Positions 26,809-32,000 of a stretch of 32,000 nt of DNA are shown here, one piece after another (position 1 is the stretch's first letter; every line of letters begins with the position of its first letter). This stretch comes from Candidatus Syntropharchaeum caldarium (GTDB taxonomy: Archaea > Halobacteriota > Syntropharchaeia > Syntropharchaeales > Syntropharchaeaceae), in NCBI GenBank assembly GCA_001766815.1, contig LYOS01000004.1, positions 10,723 through 42,722 on the forward strand. The letters are read 5' to 3'. The notes beneath the pieces were generated by a model. It was not told the origin of the DNA, did not search any database, and saw only the letters and a list, made by a program, of their open reading frames with translations. The position numbers were made by a program, and so were the translations under genes.

Positions 26809-27771
26809 ATGGAGAAAAATGAGGTTAGGCTTGAAGACTTACCCGGAATCGGTCCTGCAACAGCAGAGAAGCTCATGGAAGCTGGTTATTCATCGATCGA
26901 GGCTATAGCTGTTGCATCACCCGCTGATCTTGTGGCAACCGCCGAGGTCGGAGATGCAACTGCAGCCAAGATTATACAGGCTGCAAGAGAGGCTGCTGAT
27001 ATCGGGGGCTTCGAGTCCGGGGATAAGGTTTTTGAGCGCAGAAAACTTGTGGGAAAACTCACAACAGGTTCTAAAGCACTTGATGAACTGCTAAATGGGG
27101 GGATTGAGACACAGTCGATAACTGAGTTCTATGGTGAATTCGGCTGCGGAAAGACCCAGATCGCACATCAGCTTGCGGTCAATGTCCAGCTTCCAGAATC
27201 AGAAGGAGGACTCAATGGATCTGCTGCTATCATCGATACAGAGAATACCTTTCGTCCTGAGCGGATCGCGCAGATGGCAAAAGGGGTAGGACTTGACCCG
27301 GAAGAAGCTCTTAAAAATATTCATGTGGCAAGGGCGTACAATTCAAACCACCAGATATTACTTGTTGAAAAAGTATCAGAGCTTGCAAACAATCTTATAA
27401 ACTCAGAAAAGCCGATAAGACTGCTCATAATCGATTCACTGACCGCCCATTTCAGGGCTGAGTACGTCGGGAGAGGTACCCTTGCTGATAGGCAGCAGAA
27501 GCTGAACAAGCACCTCCATGAGGTTTTAAGATTTGCAGATCTGAACAATGCTGTCGCGATGGTGACAAATCAGGTACAGGCAAAGCCAGATGCATTCTTC
27601 GGCGATCCGACAAAACCAATAGGTGGGCATGTACTGGGACACACCGCGACATTCAGGTTGTATCTCAGAAAATCAAAAGGTGATAAGCGGATTGCAAGAC
27701 TTCTTGACTCACCACATCTGCCTGATGGCGAAGCTGTGATAACTGTTACGACCGAAGGAATAAGGGACTGA
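26809..27771 (+). CDS. radA: DNA repair and recombination protein RadA
   Basis: N-terminal HhH domain ([20 protein letters not shown]), Walker [23 protein letters not shown] and [23 protein letters not shown] lies 8 nt upstream of the ATG. Confidence 0.95.
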   Translation: MEKNEVRLEDLPGIGPATAEKLMEAGYSSIEAIAVASPADLVATAEVGDATAAKIIQAAREAADIGGFESGDKVFERRKLVGKLTTGSKALDELLNGGIETQSITEFYGEFGCGKTQIAHQLAVNVQLPESEGGLNGSAAIIDTENTFRPERIAQMAKGVGLDPEEALKNIHVARAYNSNHQILLVEKVSELANNLINSEKPIRLLIIDSLTAHFRAEYVGRGTLADRQQKLNKHLHEVLRFADLNNAVAMVTNQVQAKPDAFFGDPTKPIGGHVLGHTATFRLYLRKSKGDKRIARLLDSPHLPDGEAVITVTTEGIRD

Positions 27772-27788
27772 AGCGGAGTTCTATTTGT

Positions 27789-29282
27789 ATGAAATTCAGG
27801 TTTAAAGGCTCGTTTGTATGTAGCGGGGATGTGACAGAGGTACCGGGAATTGGTGAGATATTTGAAGATGCAAACCGCACAATCCTCACAAAGGGTGCAC
27901 CCCCAGGAGAAGGTGCATCATCGAAACTCATCGGGATCGAATCCTCTAAAATATCATTTGAGATCGAATCTGGGAGATATGTAAGGGCGCACGATGCAGT
28001 TTTGAGACTCAGAAAGGCGTTGTCTGCATATCTTGGAAAGGAGTATCACATCGGTGTGCGCGGGGTTGAGGTCGAGAAGTTCACGATAAATCTACCCTCA
28101 GACACTCCGCCAGCAGAGATGAAGATCCCATTTGTAAAGGAGATTACATACAACAATGGGGTTATCACACTTGAACTCGATCTTGGGGCAAAGGAACTCG
28201 AGGAGCGTGTACCAGATCGCATCATCCGACTTGTTGAGGAGAAAATAGCGAAAGCCGCGTTTGGTGGAAAGTCTGAGCACTGGGAGCTCTTAACAGAGAG
28301 TGCACCAAAACCGCACACCTTTGATAAAGATCCTACGGAAGCGATGATAAAGCGGCGCTGGATCATACACGGCTCTGTCCGTGGACAATGGATTTATGGT
28401 ACCCAGATCACGCGTATCTTCAGGGCATTTGAGAAGATCGTGCTTGAAAATATCCTTGATCCGCTGGATTATAACGAGATGATCTTCCCGAAGGTTGTTG
28501 GCTGGGAGGTCTGGAAACGATCGGGACACCTCAAAGGCGTCTATCCCGAGATATACTATGTTCTGCCGCCAAAAAGCCGTGATCCAGAGTTCTGGGAGGA
28601 GGTTATTGATTATTACCGTGTTACACAGGAAGTCCCGCTTGATATGATCCGTGAGCGGCTCGATGATCCGATAGGTGGCTTATGCTATGCTCAGTGTCCA
28701 CCTTTCTGGCCATTCCTGCAGGGACAGACAATCGCAAATGATTCTACGCCTGTTAAGGTATTTGATCGCTCAGGCACATCTCACAGGTATGAGAGCGGCG
28801 GTATACACGGCATTGAACGGGTCGATGAGTTCCACAGAATCGAGATCCTCTGGCTCGGAACGCCTGATCAGGTTATCAAAGAGTCGGAAGCCCTGCAGGA
28901 GCGGTATAAAACGATATTTGACGAGATACTTGAGCTTGAATGGCGAAACGCATGGGTCACACCATGGTTTATGGCACAGGAGGGCATGACCGGGCTTTCT
29001 GAAAAGAAAGAGGTTGGAACAATAGATTATGAAGCGATCCTGCCCTATAACGAGAGCTGGCTTGAGTTCCAGAACTTGAGCGTGAACGGGGATAAGTATC
29101 CAAAGGGTTTCAATGTGAAGATTCAATCTGGAGAGGAAATGTGGAGTGGATGCTCGGGTGTGGGACTTGAACGGTGGGCTGCGGTATTTCTCGCACAGAA
29201 AGGGCTTGATCCTGAGAACTGGCCACAGGCATTCAGGGATATAGTTGGAGATATTGAAGAAGGGTGTGTGAAACTTGTGTAG
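27789..29282 (+). CDS. serS: Seryl-tRNA synthetase, methanogen-type (atypical zinc-dependent class II SerRS)
   Basis: [40 protein letters not shown] and SEHW are colinear with my recollection of the Methanosarcina barkeri methanogen-type SerRS. Putative Zn ligands are in place ([31 protein letters not shown]). Length is 497 aa. Confidence 0.85.
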   Translation: MKFRFKGSFVCSGDVTEVPGIGEIFEDANRTILTKGAPPGEGASSKLIGIESSKISFEIESGRYVRAHDAVLRLRKALSAYLGKEYHIGVRGVEVEKFTINLPSDTPPAEMKIPFVKEITYNNGVITLELDLGAKELEERVPDRIIRLVEEKIAKAAFGGKSEHWELLTESAPKPHTFDKDPTEAMIKRRWIIHGSVRGQWIYGTQITRIFRAFEKIVLENILDPLDYNEMIFPKVVGWEVWKRSGHLKGVYPEIYYVLPPKSRDPEFWEEVIDYYRVTQEVPLDMIRERLDDPIGGLCYAQCPPFWPFLQGQTIANDSTPVKVFDRSGTSHRYESGGIHGIERVDEFHRIEILWLGTPDQVIKESEALQERYKTIFDEILELEWRNAWVTPWFMAQEGMTGLSEKKEVGTIDYEAILPYNESWLEFQNLSVNGDKYPKGFNVKIQSGEEMWSGCSGVGLERWAAVFLAQKGLDPENWPQAFRDIVGDIEEGCVKLV

Positions 29283-29368
29283 GAAAGTGAGGTCTTGAGG
29301 TAGAAAAGTAAGAACTCACAATCCAGAAGGACTTTTTCCAAAAATTATTAAATAGTATTAGAGTTAGA

Positions 29369-29378
29369 TTATAATATA
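29369..29378 (+). promoter_or_regulatory. Putative TATA box (TTATAATATA) for the beta-propeller surface protein gene
   Basis: An A/T box about 40 nt upstream of the GTG start at 29417, with a strong SD-like GGGGGGTG 5 nt upstream of that start. Confidence 0.3.
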
Positions 29379-29416
29379 CATCAGATTCATAAGGACTTTA
29401 TGAAGGGGGGTGCACC

Positions 29417-30811
29417 GTGAAAGATACACAAAATAATATCAAAAAGGTCTTTATTTCTCTCCTGCTCATCGCGATACTTGCTTCAGTGCCTGCTGCTTCT
29501 GCCACTCCTGCACCTGATACCGAATGGGAGAAGACATACGCCGCATTCTGGAGTGGAGGAGGCTATGATGAGGCAAATTCGATAGATGAGACGCGGGATG
29601 GTGGGTACATCATTGCAGGTTCAACATGGTCAACAAAGGAGAAGGCAAAGGCGGTGTATCTGGTTAAGATCAAGAAAGATGGTGAGATGGCATGGGAACG
29701 TCGGCTTGGTGGGAGCGGGGATGATCTTGCACGATCGATACTCGCGACAAAGGATGGGGGTTATATCGTCGCAGGCTCTACATGGTCGACCAGAACGATG
29801 GAGGATGCATATGTCATAAAGACCGACTGGAACGGAAACAAACTCTGGGAGCGTGTGATGGGGGGTGAAAACATTGATCGTGCATCTGCCGTTGATATGA
29901 CCTCGGATGGCGGGTACATCATCGCAGGTTCAACATGGTCTTATGGTACTAATGGCCTGAATCCGTACATCGTAAGACTCGATCGCGATGGTGTTAAACG
30001 CTGGGAGAAGCTGATTGAGGGATTTATCAGCGAAGCGTTTGATGTTCATGAGACCGGGGATGGTAATTTTATCATCGCAGGTTATACCAGGACCGGAGTC
30101 TTTGGATACGACCCTGAAGATGCATATCTCATCAAGATTGATGGGTTGGGAAAAGTGATCTGGTCGAGAGAGTACGGTGGAAGCGCCGACGATCGAGCAT
30201 ACTCGGTTGATATGACATCGGATGGTGGGTATATCCTTGCGGGATGGACAGAGTCCCATGGTGCAGGAAAGAAGGACATCTACGTCATAAAGACCGATGC
30301 AGATGGAGAAAAAGAGTGGGAGAAGTTCTATGGAGGCGCGTATCATGATGAGGCAAGATCTATCGTGCAAACCTCTGATGGTGGATACATCATAACAGGA
30401 TTCACTTCTGAAGGAGACGACGAAATATCAGAGGATCTTATCGTCCTGAAGCTAAATTCAGATGGCGAAAAAGAGTGGGAGAAGCGATATGGTGGGATGC
30501 GCGAAGAAATCGGATGTGAGGTAATCGAGACCTCGGATCACAGTTATATCGTTGCAGGATACACCCACTCATACGGTGAGGGCTGGAATGACTGCTACGT
30601 GATAAAGCTTGAGCCAGAATCGAGACCATCACCAGCAGCCACATCTACCACAGCCATTGTGCCAGCAGAGGATAAGGAAAGCGAAACCCCAACAGCGACC
30701 GAGGATCCGCTTAAAGCAGAACCTGCAGGCTTTGGGGCAACTGCTGCAATTACAGGGATTGGCATAGTTTTACTTCTTGAAGGTTATCGCCGACGTCTTG
30801 AAGGTCGCTGA
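29417..30811 (+). CDS. Secreted seven-repeat (beta-propeller-like) surface protein with Thr/Pro/Glu linker and PGF-CTERM-type anchor
   Basis: Signal peptide LLLIAILASVPAASA. Seven ~50-aa repeats of the form DGGYI(I/V)AG.T.S ... DAY(V/L)IK.D..G...WE. Linker PSPAATSTTAIVPAEDKESETPTATEDP. C-terminus PAGFGATAAITGIGIVLLLEGYRRRLEGR. Confidence 0.82.
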   Translation: MKDTQNNIKKVFISLLLIAILASVPAASATPAPDTEWEKTYAAFWSGGGYDEANSIDETRDGGYIIAGSTWSTKEKAKAVYLVKIKKDGEMAWERRLGGSGDDLARSILATKDGGYIVAGSTWSTRTMEDAYVIKTDWNGNKLWERVMGGENIDRASAVDMTSDGGYIIAGSTWSYGTNGLNPYIVRLDRDGVKRWEKLIEGFISEAFDVHETGDGNFIIAGYTRTGVFGYDPEDAYLIKIDGLGKVIWSREYGGSADDRAYSVDMTSDGGYILAGWTESHGAGKKDIYVIKTDADGEKEWEKFYGGAYHDEARSIVQTSDGGYIITGFTSEGDDEISEDLIVLKLNSDGEKEWEKRYGGMREEIGCEVIETSDHSYIVAGYTHSYGEGWNDCYVIKLEPESRPSPAATSTTAIVPAEDKESETPTATEDPLKAEPAGFGATAAITGIGIVLLLEGYRRRLEGR

Positions 30812-32000
30812 AGACTGAATACAGCCGCAAGTGCCAGAAGTCCGATCAGGAGCACGATACCAGGATATGAGATAGCGGGGACCTGGTGAGATATCAGCTC
30901 TACAGTGACCTGTGATGTACTCTTGCAATGCTCGATCCCGTCTGAGCTGTTATCATAGACTGTAAGTTTTGCGGTTGTGGTCTGGTTAATCTCTCTTACG
31001 ACAACCTTGCCTGATAGATTTACACCATCATCAAACTCCCACTCATATCGGGAGATGCTTCTGTTTCCGTATGGATCAGCGTGAGATAGGCTTCCATTGA
31101 ACTCAACTGCGGTAGGCGCTGTGATATAGCTTAAATTTGCCTTTGCCTTCGCTGTAGGACCTCTATCAACATAGATCTGCTTCTGAGCGGAGCCATACTC
31201 ATCGTTATCCAGCCTGTATCCCGAGATGCTAACGAGGTAATAGCCTCCCTCGCTGTACTGATGCGTTGTGTTCATACATGCTGGATCACAGTATGTGCTA
31301 TCTCCATCTCCAAACTCCCATGTGCAGTTCTTGAGGGTTGCGTTTGTTGTTGCAGTGAAGGACTGGTTATGACAGCAGATCGCGGTGGTTGTGAAGTTTA
31401 GAAGAAGCGGCGCCCTTTCATAATAGATTGTCACCTTCGTCTCGTTGTCAGTACTGTTTGTGCAGTGCCCATCAAATACGGTTAAGGTTGCATTCACCGT
31501 CTGATTTACCCATATCGTCACGACCTCACCGGTCATGTTATCATGCCAGTCATCAAATGACCAGGTATAGGTGATGGTTCGATTTCCGAGAGGATCGGCA
31601 TGTGAGCCAGTGCCGTTAAGTTCGATCCAGGATGGGACACCAAGATGGGTAACGTTTGCTGTTGCAGAGACGGCTGGACCACGGTCGACGTAGATCGTAT
31701 GCTGAACTGTTGCACACTCATCGTTATCGAGTCTGCATCCTGTAAAGTTGACGAGGTAATAGCCTCCCTCGCTGTACTGATGCGTGATGTTCATACATGC
31801 TGGATCACAGTGTGTGCTATCTCCATCCCCAAACTCCCATGTGCAGTTCTTCAGGGTTGCGTTTGTTGTTGCAGTGAATGACTGGTTGAAACAGCAGATT
31901 GCTGTGGTTGTGAAATCGAGGTCTGGTGGTACAGGATCGTACTCGATCATCAGGGTTGTTTCGTTGTAGCAGTGCCCATCAAATACTGTCAAGGTTGCAT
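30784..32000 (-). CDS. PKD-repeat, Cys-rich, sequon-rich surface protein with C-terminal TM + RRRR anchor (5' end outside window)
   Basis: The frame stays open to the window edge (..ATLTVFDGHC). PKD-like WEFGDGDS ... HQYSEGGYYLV motifs occur twice. I count about 25 N-x-S/T sequons by eye in 402 aa. The C-terminus is YPGIVLLIGLLALAAVFSLQRPSRRRR. Confidence 0.82.
   Translation of the reverse strand, partial: ATLTVFDGHCYNETTLMIEYDPVPPDLDFTTTAICCFNQSFTATTNATLKNCTWEFGDGDSTHCDPACMNITHQYSEGGYYLVNFTGCRLDNDECATVQHTIYVDRGPAVSATANVTHLGVPSWIELNGTGSHADPLGNRTITYTWSFDDWHDNMTGEVVTIWVNQTVNATLTVFDGHCTNSTDNETKVTIYYERAPLLLNFTTTAICCHNQSFTATTNATLKNCTWEFGDGDSTYCDPACMNTTHQYSEGGYYLVSISGYRLDNDEYGSAQKQIYVDRGPTAKAKANLSYITAPTAVEFNGSLSHADPYGNRSISRYEWEFDDGVNLSGKVVVREINQTTTAKLTVYDNSSDGIEHCKSTSQVTVELISHQVPAISYPGIVLLIGLLALAAVFSLQRPSRRRR
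30960..32000 (-). repeat. Tandem intragenic duplication, period ~507-519 nt (~170 aa, two domains per unit)
   Basis: 31232-31375 matches 31751-31894 at offset 519, with only about 6 mismatches in the first ~125 nt. 31464-31491 matches 31971-32000 at offset 507. The rest of the unit is much more diverged. Confidence 0.9.

Noticed and set aside
29283-29340. Possible hairpin (ggaaagtgagg ... ccagaaggactttttcc) plus T5 run as a SerRS terminator or ncRNA
   Set aside because: The pairing is imperfect and bulged when written out. The oligo-T run is consistent with an archaeal terminator, but the evidence is too weak to annotate.
1-32000. Scan for CRISPR arrays, tRNA/rRNA genes, IS elements with terminal inverted repeats, inteins and frameshifted pseudogenes
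   Set aside because: I saw no direct-repeat/spacer periodicity outside the two coding repeats. No intergenic gap has cloverleaf-compatible GC-rich stems. RadA, RFC, XPD and ThrRS have normal lengths with no intein-sized insertions, and all strong homologs read through without internal stops.

Overview
This is a densely packed chromosomal segment (about 29 CDS, short or overlapping intergenic gaps) from a euryarchaeon, most likely a methanogen/ANME-type member of the Methanomicrobia. Supporting genes: archaeal ThrRS with N-terminal editing domain, methanogen-type SerRS, CofE (F420), CooC, RadA plus RadB, type-2 IPP isomerase, a presenilin-like protease and PGF-CTERM-type surface proteins. Strand blocks are 1-16188 minus, 16238-20111 plus, 20235-24614 minus and 24617-30811 plus, followed by a convergent minus-strand gene that runs off the right edge. 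Many starts are GTG/TTG preceded by GGAGG-like SD sequences, and several neighbouring genes show 4-nt stop/start overlaps. By eye I found no rRNA, tRNA, CRISPR array, transposon ends or prophage block. Most genes are housekeeping. The parts that known families do not explain are: (i) a coupled Cas4-like Fe-S nuclease / APH-fold kinase / Rad50-less Mre11 module (8735-12124); (ii) a coupled pair of uncharacterised genes, a coiled-coil + winged-helix-like protein and a PRC-barrel protein (22771-24614); (iii) a paralogous pair of C-terminally anchored surface proteins (5288-8681); (iv) an acylphosphatase-like domain fused to a near-perfect 21-bp/heptad array, with a miniature ghost copy of the gene just after its stop (19365-20166); (v) two convergent surface-protein genes whose poly-Arg tails are encoded on opposite strands of the same 28 nt (30784-30811); (vi) a lone small serine recombinase beside a ~240-bp AT-rich spacer. 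All functional calls rest on motif recognition in the supplied translations. No database search or computation was possible, so family assignments for non-housekeeping genes are hypotheses.
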